NCBI GenBank assembly: GCA_003694325.1
Contig: RFKJ01000021.1
Location: 1-27,523, forward strand
Origin: Deltaproteobacteria bacterium
Lineage (GTDB): Bacteria > Myxococcota_A > UBA796 > UBA2385
Direction: 5' to 3'
Length of the DNA stretch: 27,523 nt
The translations under genes and the position numbers were made by a program. Under the pieces are notes generated by a model that worked only from the letters and a program-made list of their open reading frames with translations, was not told where the DNA came from and ran no database searches. Within the stretch, counting starts at the first letter, position 1; each line of letters starts with the position of its first letter. Positions 15,297 to 24,645 of the stretch are shown in pieces.

Positions 15297-16671
15297 ACGG
15301 CTGCGCGGCGGGGGCGGCGACCAGCAGGAGCAGCGCGACCCCACCGAAGACGAGCGTCCTGCACACCGGCCCGACGCGGTTGAGCAGGTCTTCGTCGTAC
15401 CAACGGAAGGCCACGGCGTGCAGCACCAGCAGCACCAGCAGGGCGGGCCAACCGTAGCGGAAGATGTCCTCGCCGTCCGGTGCCAGCACGGCCATGCGCC
15501 GCAGCGCCACCAGCCCCGCAGACACGCTGCTGACCCGGAAGAACAGGAAGCTCGGCATCATGAAGACCCCGATGAGCACCACGCCGACCAGGCGCTTGCC
15601 CGGGTAGTCCGGCATCCGCCACCCCCAGCGCTTCGCGAGGTAGGAGAGCAGGTGGACGACTCCGTTGAACAGTCCCCACACGGCGAAGGTGGGGCCGGCA
15701 CCGTGCCAGATGCCGAACAGCAGCCACAGCAGCATGATGTTGAACACCGCCCGCGGCATGGACACGCGGGTGCCCCCCAGCGGCTTGTACACGTAGTCGC
15801 CGAACCAGCGGGCGATGGTGATGTGCCAGCCGCGGCGGTAGCCCAGGGGCGTGCCCTGCATCCACGGGCTGTCGAAGTTCCGCGGCATGGTGAAGCCGAA
15901 CAGGTGGCCCAGCCCCCGGGCCATGGTCGAGTACCCGGAGAAGTCGCAGTAGATCTGGGCAGCGAAGAGCAGCGAGGCCACCCCGACGCTGGCGCCCGTG
16001 TACAGCTCGGGGCGGCGCATGACGGGGTCGATGAGGGTGCCGATGTTGTCGGCGATGACGACCTTCTTGACGAGCCCCAGGGCGAACAGTTCCGCACCCT
16101 GGACGATCTCTCGGCGGGCGGGCGTCCGGTTGGCGCGGAGTTGGGGAAGGAACTCGTCGGCCCGCAGGATGGGACCGGCGATGAGCTGGGGGAAGAAGGC
16201 CACGAACAGGGCGAACTCGACCGGATCGCGACAGGGCTCCGTCTGCTTCCGGTACACGTCGATGGTGTAGGACAGGGTCTGGAAGGTGTAGAAGCTCAAG
16301 CCGGCGGGGACGAGTCCCCAGACGTGGAAGGACTGGGTCGACAGCGCCTGCTCCCACCCGCCGACCCCAAGCGCCGCCAGGGCGAAGGGCAGGTACTTGA
16401 AGCCGACGAGCACGCCCAGGTTCACCACCAGCGACAGTCCCAGGAGCAGGCGCCGCAGGCCCCGTCGCTCCGCCCGCGCCAGCAGCAGCCCCACGCCGTA
16501 GTCGATCCCGGTGCTCAGCCAGAGCAGCGGCACGAAGCGCGGGTCGCCGCCGGCGTAGAACAGGTAGCTCCCGACCAGCAGCACGGCCTTGCGGAAGCGG
16601 GGGCCTCCCCACAGCCACAGCAGCCAGACGACCGGCATGAACACGGCGAAGGAGAAGCTGTTGAACAGCAT
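15277..16671 (-). CDS. MBOAT family O-acyltransferase (AlgI/PatA/DltB-like)
   Basis: MLFNSFSF, GLSFYTFQTLSYTIDVYR, FVAFFPQLIAGPILRA, GLVKKVVIADN, QIYCDFSGYS, WHITIARWFGDYVYKPLGG, GIWHGAG (catalytic His) and C-terminal FIYYQF. Confidence 0.94.
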   Translation of the reverse strand: MLFNSFSFAVFMPVVWLLWLWGGPRFRKAVLLVGSYLFYAGGDPRFVPLLWLSTGIDYGVGLLLARAERRGLRRLLLGLSLVVNLGVLVGFKYLPFALAALGVGGWEQALSTQSFHVWGLVPAGLSFYTFQTLSYTIDVYRKQTEPCRDPVEFALFVAFFPQLIAGPILRADEFLPQLRANRTPARREIVQGAELFALGLVKKVVIADNIGTLIDPVMRRPELYTGASVGVASLLFAAQIYCDFSGYSTMARGLGHLFGFTMPRNFDSPWMQGTPLGYRRGWHITIARWFGDYVYKPLGGTRVSMPRAVFNIMLLWLLFGIWHGAGPTFAVWGLFNGVVHLLSYLAKRWGWRMPDYPGKRLVGVVLIGVFMMPSFLFFRVSSVSAGLVALRRMAVLAPDGEDIFRYGWPALLVLLVLHAVAFRWYDEDLLNRVGPVCRTLVFGGVALLLLVAAPAAQPFIYYQF

Positions 16672-17645
16672 CAGCGCACGCCCCGGGATGCGAGGGCATC
16701 GCGCACGGCGGCGGTGAAGGACTGCTGTCCACGGTGCCCGAGGTGCACGGCGTCGCGGAAGGCGGTGGGCGGGTAGTCCGCCGGGTCCAGCCCCCGGCCC
16801 ATGTCGAGGAGGTCGAAGCCCTCGGCCTGCGCCTCTCTCCAGTAGAACTCGTGGAGCTGCCGCGTCGGTGCCAGCTTCTGGACGTCGGGGTGGATGGGCG
16901 CCACCGCGACGATGAGCGGAATATCGGCTTCGGCGGCGGCCTTCGCCATGAACCGCAGCGCCCGGACGTTCCGCTCGTCCACCGTCCGATGGGCGTCGAT
17001 GATCAGGTCGGCGTGGCGGCGCACCCCGTCTGCCAGCGGACGCCCGTCCACCGGGGTCTTGTCGCGGGGATCCTCGAAGCCACCCCGGTCGTCATCGAGC
17101 AGCAGCAGGCCCCGCAGCTCTGACCGATAGCGCAGCCAGCGGCTGGCCGTACGCAGCGCCCGATCGGCGACGCCGGCGCGATCCGCCCACAGGTCCCGCA
17201 GGTCGTACACCTGCCACAGCACCCCGGGCTCGAACAGCCGAGGCGCATCGGGATCGATCGTCGCTCCCATCTCACCCGGCGCGCACACCAGGACGATGGC
17301 CTCTGGTTGCAGTTCCAGGGCCCCGGGCAGCAGCATGGCGGTGTTCCACAACGGCGACGCATTCAACCCCAGGTTGACGACCGCGTGCGGCCCACCAAGC
17401 TGGGGCCCGAGCACCCGCTCGTCGACGTCCTGCGCCGCCACGCTGCTGCCCAGGATCACGACCTTGACGTCTTCTCCCGCAGTGACCGCCTCCCGCGCCC
17501 GGTGCAGGACCAGCTCGGTGCGCGGCGGCTGGCCGATGGCGAAGCGCCCCAACCACTCCCACCACAGCGGCGACGCCCGCAGCGCCGCCTCGGCGATCCC
17601 CAGGGCAAGGAGGGGACCGACGAGCACGCCCAGGAACGTTCGCAT
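16671..17645 (-). CDS. SGNH/GDSL-like membrane-anchored partner of the MBOAT (AlgJ/DltD-like)
   Basis: N-terminal TM; VVILGSSVA (block I), VVNLGLNAS (block II), FRDAVHL (DxxH). TGATG coupling with the MBOAT. Alternative GTG start at 17690. Confidence 0.78.
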   Translation of the reverse strand: MRTFLGVLVGPLLALGIAEAALRASPLWWEWLGRFAIGQPPRTELVLHRAREAVTAGEDVKVVILGSSVAAQDVDERVLGPQLGGPHAVVNLGLNASPLWNTAMLLPGALELQPEAIVLVCAPGEMGATIDPDAPRLFEPGVLWQVYDLRDLWADRAGVADRALRTASRWLRYRSELRGLLLLDDDRGGFEDPRDKTPVDGRPLADGVRRHADLIIDAHRTVDERNVRALRFMAKAAAEADIPLIVAVAPIHPDVQKLAPTRQLHEFYWREAQAEGFDLLDMGRGLDPADYPPTAFRDAVHLGHRGQQSFTAAVRDALASRGVR

Positions 17646-17714
17646 GGCCGCCGCCCGAGCGCGCCCCTCTCCCCTCGACGACGATGCCACGGAGACCGGT
17701 CCGAGCAGGACGGT

Positions 17715-18323
17715 TCAACGACGCCGCAGGAGCACCGCATGGAACCGCTGCGTGCCCCCCCGGGGCGTGCGGTGGACCTCCGGGCGGTGCGCCAGCAGGT
17801 CGAAGTCCTCGGTGCCGACCAGCTCCAAGAGTTCGTCGGGGCCGTAGCGCACGACGGGCAGCCCGCTGCAACGCTCCGGGCCATCGAGCGCAAACGTCGA
17901 GATCACCGCGTGGCCGCCCGGCCGCAGGGCCCGACGCAAGGCCGCCACGTAGGCGTCCCGGTCTGCCTGGTCCGTGAGGAAGTGCACCACGGCTCGATCA
18001 TGCCAGAGATCCCAGGTCCGCGGCGGTGTCCAGGCGGTGACATCGGCGCAGATGGTCGCCACGCGGCCGCCGAGTTCCTCGGCCATCGCGGTGAGGGCCG
18101 CTTCGGCGATGTCGACCAGGGTGACATCCTCGTACCCCCGGTCCAGGAGGTGTCGGGCGAGCGTCGACCGACCGGCGCCCACATCGACCACGCTGGCGTC
18201 GGGGCCGGTCACCGACCCGATGAGCTGCAGGCTCACCGTCGGCTCGGCCTGGAACCAGCTCAGTTCCTCTCGATCCCGCCGACGGTAGATCTCGTTCCAG
18301 TGATGCGCCCGATCGGTTCCCAT
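17715..18323 (-). CDS. Class I SAM-dependent methyltransferase
   Basis: HWNEIY...ELSWFQ, VVDVGAGRS (motif I), VTLVDIA, CADVT, WDLWHDRAVVHFL, FALDGPERCSGLPV. Confidence 0.9.
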   Translation of the reverse strand: MGTDRAHHWNEIYRRRDREELSWFQAEPTVSLQLIGSVTGPDASVVDVGAGRSTLARHLLDRGYEDVTLVDIAEAALTAMAEELGGRVATICADVTAWTPPRTWDLWHDRAVVHFLTDQADRDAYVAALRRALRPGGHAVISTFALDGPERCSGLPVVRYGPDELLELVGTEDFDLLAHRPEVHRTPRGGTQRFHAVLLRRR

Positions 18324-18391
18324 CGTCACTCCCGGCTTGCCCCCGCCACGACGCCCACCGCGACAGGTCGCGGGAGGTCTCGGGCATTCTC

Positions 18392-19099
18392 TCACCCACC
18401 GGCCGATTCCGCACCGACCGCCGCTCCGCCGGTCTGGACCGGCGCCTCCGCCCACAGGACGCCGCGCAGGTCGCCCACCGCGTAGCCGGTGGCGGCGTCC
18501 TGGGGATAGCGCTCGGCCAGCGCCGCGGCGACGTCCGCCGCCAGGGTGTCCGCCGGCCCATGGCAGGCGAGGCAGACAGGCTCCACCGGGATGGGCACGA
18601 TGAGGCGGGCCACCGGCGTGCCGTCGACGTCGACGATGCGGGCTTCGGGGGCGAGTCCCTCGGCCTTGCGTTCACCCGTCGCCTGCAGCCAGGACCGCAC
18701 CCAGTCGGGGCCGGCGTTGTCCGGGTTGCGCAGGCGGAGGGAGGAGCGACCGATGCGAACCCCGGTCTCCTGGGCGACGGCCGCGGCGACCTGGGGGGCG
18801 CGAACGTTGCAGACGGCGATGCCCCGGCTCGGGCCACCGTCGGCGATGGCAGCCTGCAGCTCCGACTTCAGGGTCTGGCCCAGGGTCCGAGCCGCGGCCC
18901 GGGCCTTCTCGACGGCCGCCTGCTCCGCCGGAGTCGACGGCTCGGAACCGGGGAGGGGCCGCGCAGGGACCGCACCGGCCTCGGGCGCCTCGGCAGTCCC
19001 CGCCTCGGACGGCTCGGCCTGGGAGCCGGCGGACGGTTCGGAGGAGGGCGCGGCCTGGGGTGCAGCCGTGCAGCCGAGCGCGAGGAGCAGGAGCATCAT
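18392..19099 (-). CDS. DUF3365/Tll0287-like c-type heme lipoprotein
   Basis: GGAGG SD; MMLLLLALGC lipobox; RSSLRLRNPDNA, EPVCLACHG (CxxCH) and DAATGYAVGDLRGV. Confidence 0.87.
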   Translation of the reverse strand: MMLLLLALGCTAAPQAAPSSEPSAGSQAEPSEAGTAEAPEAGAVPARPLPGSEPSTPAEQAAVEKARAAARTLGQTLKSELQAAIADGGPSRGIAVCNVRAPQVAAAVAQETGVRIGRSSLRLRNPDNAGPDWVRSWLQATGERKAEGLAPEARIVDVDGTPVARLIVPIPVEPVCLACHGPADTLAADVAAALAERYPQDAATGYAVGDLRGVLWAEAPVQTGGAAVGAESAGG

Positions 19100-19202
19100 C
19101 GTGGCCTCCAGGGACGGTGAACAGGACCAGGGCGCCGTGCCGGGATCATCCTGCACCCGGTTTCACACGACCGGGCGTCCTCCCCAACCGTAACGCCGCC
19201 GA

Positions 19203-20753
19203 TCACCGATCTCCCCCGACCCGCTCCCACAACCGCCACACGCTGTCATCCACCTCGCGACCGGCGGCCTGCTCGTCGGCGATGAACTGCGCGAGGCGCA
19301 CGCGGGCCCGGTCCGGTTGCCCTGCTTGGAGCGCCGCCACAGCGAAGTCGAGGCGCTCCTGCTGCAGGTCCATCATGAACCGACTGGCCGGTGGGTGCTC
19401 CAGCGCCTCCTCCCACAGGTCGAGACCGGGCTCCACCTGGCCGGCCTGGACCAGCAGCCGGCCGACCGCCTTCTGCGCCAGGGGGTTGTCCGGTTCCTGG
19501 CGCAGCTCGGCCAGGTAGAGGGTCCGGTCGCTCTGCCACTGGCCGATCCGGACCACCGCCTGGGGCGCCCAGACGAGGATCCAGGCCACGAGCACCACCG
19601 CGCCCAGGGTCCGCGGTCGCCGGCACCCCCGCCAGGCGCCCGCGATGAACGGCCAGGCGACGACCATGGGCATGTAGAGGTACCGGCTGGCCTGCTGCCC
19701 GAAGCCCATCGCCGCCATCGCCCCCGGGGACACCATGACCACCCAGACACCGATGGCGGAGGCCACGTACCGTCCTCCCACCCACCGACTGCGCGCAGCC
19801 GCGAACCAGGCAAGGAGACCCGACACCGCCAGGGCGACGCCCAGGACCGAGATCGGCTCCTGCCCCGGCGTGACCGCGTGGGTGAACCCCGCGCGGACCG
19901 GCATCGTCAGGGGCCAGCGGAGATAATCGGTCCACAGCCCCAGGAAGTCGGGCCAGACCATCAGGTCCAGGGCGCTGTTCTGGAAGTCCCCGACGATGGC
20001 GTGGTGCCAGCGGCCATGCACCAGGGCCACCCCCGCCAGCACCGCGCCCACGGCCACGGCCCGCCGCCACCAGCCGAAGATGACCAGCACCCCCACCAGC
20101 GCCGCCGCGAATGCCACGGCGCTCTCCTTGCAGAGCAGGGCGAGGAACAGGGCGGCCCCCGGACCCGCCAGGGAGACCATGGCCCGCGAGGACAGCGATG
20201 CCGCGATCCCGAGCAGCAGGAACCCCGCTGCCATCAGGTCGTAGGTGTCGGCACACCAGCCGACGGCATCCGGGATCAGCGGGTGGACCGTCAGGGCCAC
20301 GGCCACCAGGCATCCGGTGAGCAGGGATCCCAGGGTGGTCGGCTCTGCCGGGGCCTTGCGCTCGAGCCCGCCCCCCCGGGCAAAGGCATTGCCCAGTGCC
20401 GTGACCAGCAGGACGTTGACCGCGTGGATCCCGACGTTGAGCAACCGGAACACGGTCGGCGTGCGCCCGAAGGTCTCGCCCACGACCTGGTAGACCGTCG
20501 AGGTCAGGGGGCGCCACAGGTAGCCGCCATCGATCCCCTGGGCGTGCAGGTGCGTGGACTTCGTCCATTCCCCGACGATGTCGCCCGGGTGCTGGTGGTG
20601 GAGCAGGAGGGCCCAGTCGTCGCTGATGAACTCGGCGTGGAACGCCGGGGGGCCGTAGATGGCACCGACGACCACCAGGGGCAGCAACCACAGGGCCACC
20701 GCCACCGCCGGTCGCGGGGGTGCCTGCCAGGGGGTCGGGGCCGTCCGGTTCAT
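19203..20753 (-). CDS. TMTC-like GT-C fold membrane protein (putative protein O-glycosyltransferase) with a short C-terminal TPR-like region
   Basis: FISDDW, YLWRPL, IHAVNVLL, VHPLIPDAVGW, LLCKESAV, SRYLYMP and WQSDRTLY motifs in TMTC-like order; many TM helices; TPR-like tail. The upstream part of track ORF 19203..22685 is the antisense shadow of the Hsp70 gene. Confidence 0.8.
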   Translation of the reverse strand: MNRTAPTPWQAPPRPAVAVALWLLPLVVVGAIYGPPAFHAEFISDDWALLLHHQHPGDIVGEWTKSTHLHAQGIDGGYLWRPLTSTVYQVVGETFGRTPTVFRLLNVGIHAVNVLLVTALGNAFARGGGLERKAPAEPTTLGSLLTGCLVAVALTVHPLIPDAVGWCADTYDLMAAGFLLLGIAASLSSRAMVSLAGPGAALFLALLCKESAVAFAAALVGVLVIFGWWRRAVAVGAVLAGVALVHGRWHHAIVGDFQNSALDLMVWPDFLGLWTDYLRWPLTMPVRAGFTHAVTPGQEPISVLGVALAVSGLLAWFAAARSRWVGGRYVASAIGVWVVMVSPGAMAAMGFGQQASRYLYMPMVVAWPFIAGAWRGCRRPRTLGAVVLVAWILVWAPQAVVRIGQWQSDRTLYLAELRQEPDNPLAQKAVGRLLVQAGQVEPGLDLWEEALEHPPASRFMMDLQQERLDFAVAALQAGQPDRARVRLAQFIADEQAAGREVDDSVWRLWERVGGDR

Positions 20754-20810
20754 GGCCGGCGAGTATGGCACGCCCGTCGCCGGCGCCGCGCGCCGGCTCC
20801 CTCTCCCCGT

Positions 20811-20852
20811 CCGGCCATGGCCGGTGGTATCGTAACGCAAGCATGAGTTACG
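20811..20852. promoter_or_regulatory. Palindromes in the divergent intergenic region (candidate operator/promoter)
   Basis: Perfect CCGGCCATGGCCGG at 20811-20824; CGTAAC-N10-GTTACG at 20831-20852; TGGTATCGT between and overlapping them. Confidence 0.35.
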
Positions 20853-20879
20853 CCCGACGCGCCCAGGCTGGAGGCTCCC

Positions 20880-22406
20880 GTGAAACTCGGTATCGACCTC
20901 GGAACCACCCGCACCATCGTCGCCGCCGTCGACCGCGGCCACACCCCCATCGTGCGGTTCGACGATGACGCCGACGGCATCGATGCCTGGCCGACGCTCG
21001 CCGCCACCGACGGATCGTCCTGGGTCTTCGGACCCGAAGCCGCCCGCAGGCTGCTCGATCCCGGCTGGCAGGGAGTCCGCGGGCTCAAGCGCCTGCTGGG
21101 TGGGCCGCAGGCCGGCCCCGACCGGCGGGTCCCGGCTGGTGACCAGCCCACCGTCCTGGCGCTGCTCACCGCGTACCTGCGGGCGCTCCGCGACGCCCTC
21201 CTCCACCACAGCAACCTGCCCCGCGAAGCCGACGACGACCGCCTGGACGTCATGGTGGCGGTCCCGGCCGCCGCGAGCTGTACCTGGCGCTTCCTGACGC
21301 TGCAGGCGTTTCGCGACGCCGGCTTCCACGTGCAGGGCATGCTCAACGAGCCGGCCGCCGCGGCCATCGAGTACGCCGATCGCCATGGCCGGACCCTCAA
21401 CAGCCGCCGCGAGCACGTCCTGGTCTACGACCTCGGTGGCGGCACCTTCGACGCCACGGTGGTGCAGCTTGGCGGCGGGCAGCACCGGGTCCTCGCCCAT
21501 GCCGGCCGCAACCACCTCGGGGGTGAGGACCTCGACGCCGCCCTCCTCGCGCTGGCGCTCGACCGGGCCGGCCTGGAATGGACCTCGCTGTCGCCGGCCA
21601 CCATCGTCCGACTCCTCGAACACTGCCGGCAGGTCAAGGAGGGCATCCACCCGTCGACGCGGAGGGTGGTCGTCGAGCTGGGAGCCCTGCTGACCTCCGT
21701 CGAGCGGGCGTCTGCGGGCATCGACGAGGACCACGCCGTCACCCTGCCGCTGGATCGGTTCCACCAGCGGATCGCCCCATTGCTGGCCGAGACCTTCGAC
21801 ACGGTCACCGAGCTGATCGGCGAGGGATCGGCGGGGCTGGAGGCTCACGGAATCGCCGGCGTCTACGTCGTCGGCGGCGCCAGCAGCCTGCCCCTCGTCG
21901 CCCGCCAGCTTCGCCAGCACTACGGACGGCGGGTCCATCGCTCGCCCTACCCGGCCGGCGCCGTGGCGATGGGGCTGGCCCTGGCCCATCGCGGCGACAT
22001 CGTCGTCCACGACCGGGTTTCGCGGCACCTGGGGGTGTTCCGGGAATGGTCCGCGGGACGCCAGATCAGCTTCGACCCGGTGATCCGGCCCGACATGCCG
22101 ACGGGGGGCGCCCCGGTCATCCGCCGCTACCGACCCGTCCACACCATCGGGCATTTCCGGTTCGCCGAGTGTGACCGCCTGGCGGCCGACGGAACCCCAG
22201 CCGGGGACCTGGTGCCGGTCGGCGAGCTGCGGGTTCCCTTCTCTCCGGCGGCTCGCACCGACCCGTCCCGGGCTGGCATCGCCCCGATGCCGGAGGGTGG
22301 ACCGCTGGTCGAGGAGCAATGGACGGTCGATGTCGACGGCACCGTCACCGTCCGGTTCACCGATCTGGACAGCGGCTGGCGGGTGGAGCACCGGATCCAC
22401 GCCTGA
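20880..22406 (+). CDS. Short atypical Hsp70-family protein
   Basis: GGAGG SD plus GTG; GIDLGTT, NEPAAAA, VYDLGGGTFD, LGGEDLD and VVGGASSLP ATPase motifs; only 508 aa. Confidence 0.9.
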   Translation: MKLGIDLGTTRTIVAAVDRGHTPIVRFDDDADGIDAWPTLAATDGSSWVFGPEAARRLLDPGWQGVRGLKRLLGGPQAGPDRRVPAGDQPTVLALLTAYLRALRDALLHHSNLPREADDDRLDVMVAVPAAASCTWRFLTLQAFRDAGFHVQGMLNEPAAAAIEYADRHGRTLNSRREHVLVYDLGGGTFDATVVQLGGGQHRVLAHAGRNHLGGEDLDAALLALALDRAGLEWTSLSPATIVRLLEHCRQVKEGIHPSTRRVVVELGALLTSVERASAGIDEDHAVTLPLDRFHQRIAPLLAETFDTVTELIGEGSAGLEAHGIAGVYVVGGASSLPLVARQLRQHYGRRVHRSPYPAGAVAMGLALAHRGDIVVHDRVSRHLGVFREWSAGRQISFDPVIRPDMPTGGAPVIRRYRPVHTIGHFRFAECDRLAADGTPAGDLVPVGELRVPFSPAARTDPSRAGIAPMPEGGPLVEEQWTVDVDGTVTVRFTDLDSGWRVEHRIHA

Positions 22407-22473
22407 CGGACAGCGCCCGGTCTCCCGGTTCCCACCGCCATCCGGCCGAGCAGTAGAAGCCTCGCGCCCCCGA

Positions 22474-22482
22474 TGGGATAAT
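22474..22482 (+). promoter_or_regulatory. Possible extended -10 element for the kinase/receiver operon
   Basis: TGGGATAAT, with TAGAAG 17 nt upstream of GATAAT; weak match. Confidence 0.3.
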
Positions 22483-22548
22483 GCCTGGCATGGCGACCGA
22501 TCCCGGCGAACCGGTGCTCCTCGGCCCGCGACGCGACGGGAGCACCTG

Positions 22549-24645
22549 TTGACCCACCGCAGGCCCATCCTCGCTCTCCTGCTCGGCGGGGTGCTGATCA
22601 CCATCAGTGCCTGGCGCGTCGCCTGCCGGCACGAGTGGAGGCTGTCGGCCGAGCGATACGCGACGCTCGTCGAACACGCCGCCAACGGCCTGTTCCTGGG
22701 CCTGGAGCGGGAGTCTGCTGCCGAGCTGGCCGCGATTCCGGCGATGGTCAGCTTCTACGACTGCTCCGAGCGGGTCGAGCCGGAGGAGTTCGACCGGTAT
22801 GCCGCGAGCATGATGTCGCGCTATCCCGGGCTGGTCGCCCTGATGTGGGCACCAGCGGTCGCGCCGGGGCCGGCCGATGCACTCCCGGCCGCCACGTCCT
22901 ACCCCGTGCAGTACGTCGCGCCCCGAGCCGGGCAGGCCGCGGCCGCCGGGATGGACCTGGCGAGCCGGCCGGAGCTGCAGGCGGTCGTCGACGCCGCGGT
23001 CACCGACGGGGAGGTCCAGGTGCGCGTCCTGCCGGCCTTCGATCCGCAACTCGGCGACGGCGAGCAGCTCGTCGCCGTCGCCCCGGTCCTCGAACGCGAT
23101 GATCGACGCAAGCTGCAGGGGGTCGTGCTCGGGCTGTACGACATCCCCCGCCTCGTCCAGGCTGCCCTGACGATCGATGGAGAGAACGGCGGTCCCGAGG
23201 ACGATTTCGACCTGCTGATCTACCCGGCCGACGGAGATCGCGACCGCTCGCCGCTGTACCGCTACGCCGCCACCGGCACGCAGCCGCCTTCCCCCATCCC
23301 GCTGTCGGAGGTGCAGTCGGAACTGCACGTCGCCCATCGGCTCCAGAGCATCGGCACGCCCCTGCTGGCGGTGGCCCGTCCACGCGCGCTGCAACCCCCG
23401 GCACCGGCACGCTTCTTCTCCTGGACGGTGCTGGTGTCCGGGTTGGCCCTGACCGGCACGCTGGCGGGCATCTTCCGCACGTTCGCCGTGCGCAACCGGG
23501 TCATCGCACGGCTGGTCGAACAGCGGACGGCCGAGCTGGAGCAGGCCAACAAGGAGATCGCCCAGCGCGAACGGCACCTGCAGTCCATCGTGGATGCGAC
23601 CCTCGATGGCATCATCACCATCGACGAAAGCGGCCGGATCCTGTCCGCCAACCCGGCGTCCGAGCGGATCTTCGGCTATTCCGCCGACGAGCTGGTCGGC
23701 CAGCCGCTCACCCGGTTGATGCCCGACCGGGCCGCCGCGCAGCACCACGAGGGCCTGGCGGCTCGGTTGCAGGATCCCGAGGCCGGAATCGTCGGCTCCA
23801 CCATCGAGGTGCAGGGCCGGCGGCGGGATGGGACCGTGTTCGACGCCGAGCTGTCCATCAGCGAGCTGGTCGGCGAAGGGCCGCGGCGCTTCCTCGGTGT
23901 CGTTCGGGACATCTCGCCCCGCAAGGAGGTGGACCAGCTCAAGGACCGGTTCATCTCGACGGTCAGCCACGAGCTCCGCACTCCGTTGACGGCGATCCTG
24001 GGGTCGCTGGAGCTGCTGCGCGACGGCGCCTTCGGTCCCCTTCCCGAGGGCGCCGCGCACATGGTGTCGCTGGCCTACGACAGCGGGGAGCGGCTGGTGC
24101 GGCTGATCAACGACATCCTCGATCTCGAGCGACTGGGAACCGGCCGCATGGACCTGCACAAGACGGACATCGACGCCGGCGCCCTGTTGTCCCACGTCGC
24201 GGCCACCTTGCAGGGCTTCGCCAGCCGACACGAAGTCCGGCTGGAACTCGACCCCCCGGCGTCCACCCTCCAGGTCCATGCCGACCGCGACCGTCTCGTG
24301 CAGGTCCTCACCAACCTGGTGGGCAACGCGGTGCGATTCTCCCCACCCGGCGGCACGGTGCGCCTCGGCGTCCAGCCAACCGCCGGGGTGGCCCGGTTCA
24401 GCGTCCAGGACGAGGGGCCCGGGATCCCCGACGATTTCAAGGATCGCCTGTTTGCTCCATTCTCCCAGGCGGATGCGGGCGACACCCGCCGGCAGGGGGG
24501 AACCGGCCTGGGCCTGTCCATCGCCAAGGCCATCGTCCAGGAACACGGCGGCCAGATCTGGTACGAATCCCCGCAAGGCGGGGGAACCACGTTCTTCTTC
24601 GACATCCCCGTCCAGCCCGTCGATCGGCCCGGGGTGCGCCCATGA
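22549..24645 (+). CDS. CHASE-PAS sensor histidine kinase
   Basis: TTG 22549 after GGGAG; TM-CHASE-like-TM; PAS (IVDATLDGIITID..NPASERIFGYSADELVG); H-box STVSHELRTPL; N-box QVLTNLVGNA; G boxes DEGPGI and GGTGLGL. Confidence 0.93.
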   Translation: MTHRRPILALLLGGVLITISAWRVACRHEWRLSAERYATLVEHAANGLFLGLERESAAELAAIPAMVSFYDCSERVEPEEFDRYAASMMSRYPGLVALMWAPAVAPGPADALPAATSYPVQYVAPRAGQAAAAGMDLASRPELQAVVDAAVTDGEVQVRVLPAFDPQLGDGEQLVAVAPVLERDDRRKLQGVVLGLYDIPRLVQAALTIDGENGGPEDDFDLLIYPADGDRDRSPLYRYAATGTQPPSPIPLSEVQSELHVAHRLQSIGTPLLAVARPRALQPPAPARFFSWTVLVSGLALTGTLAGIFRTFAVRNRVIARLVEQRTAELEQANKEIAQRERHLQSIVDATLDGIITIDESGRILSANPASERIFGYSADELVGQPLTRLMPDRAAAQHHEGLAARLQDPEAGIVGSTIEVQGRRRDGTVFDAELSISELVGEGPRRFLGVVRDISPRKEVDQLKDRFISTVSHELRTPLTAILGSLELLRDGAFGPLPEGAAHMVSLAYDSGERLVRLINDILDLERLGTGRMDLHKTDIDAGALLSHVAATLQGFASRHEVRLELDPPASTLQVHADRDRLVQVLTNLVGNAVRFSPPGGTVRLGVQPTAGVARFSVQDEGPGIPDDFKDRLFAPFSQADAGDTRRQGGTGLGLSIAKAIVQEHGGQIWYESPQGGGTTFFFDIPVQPVDRPGVRP

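Noticed and set aside
18358-18373. CCGCGAC-AG-GTCGCGG hairpin as a terminator
   Set aside because: Short GC stem with no U-tract, between same-strand genes; expected by chance at this GC content.
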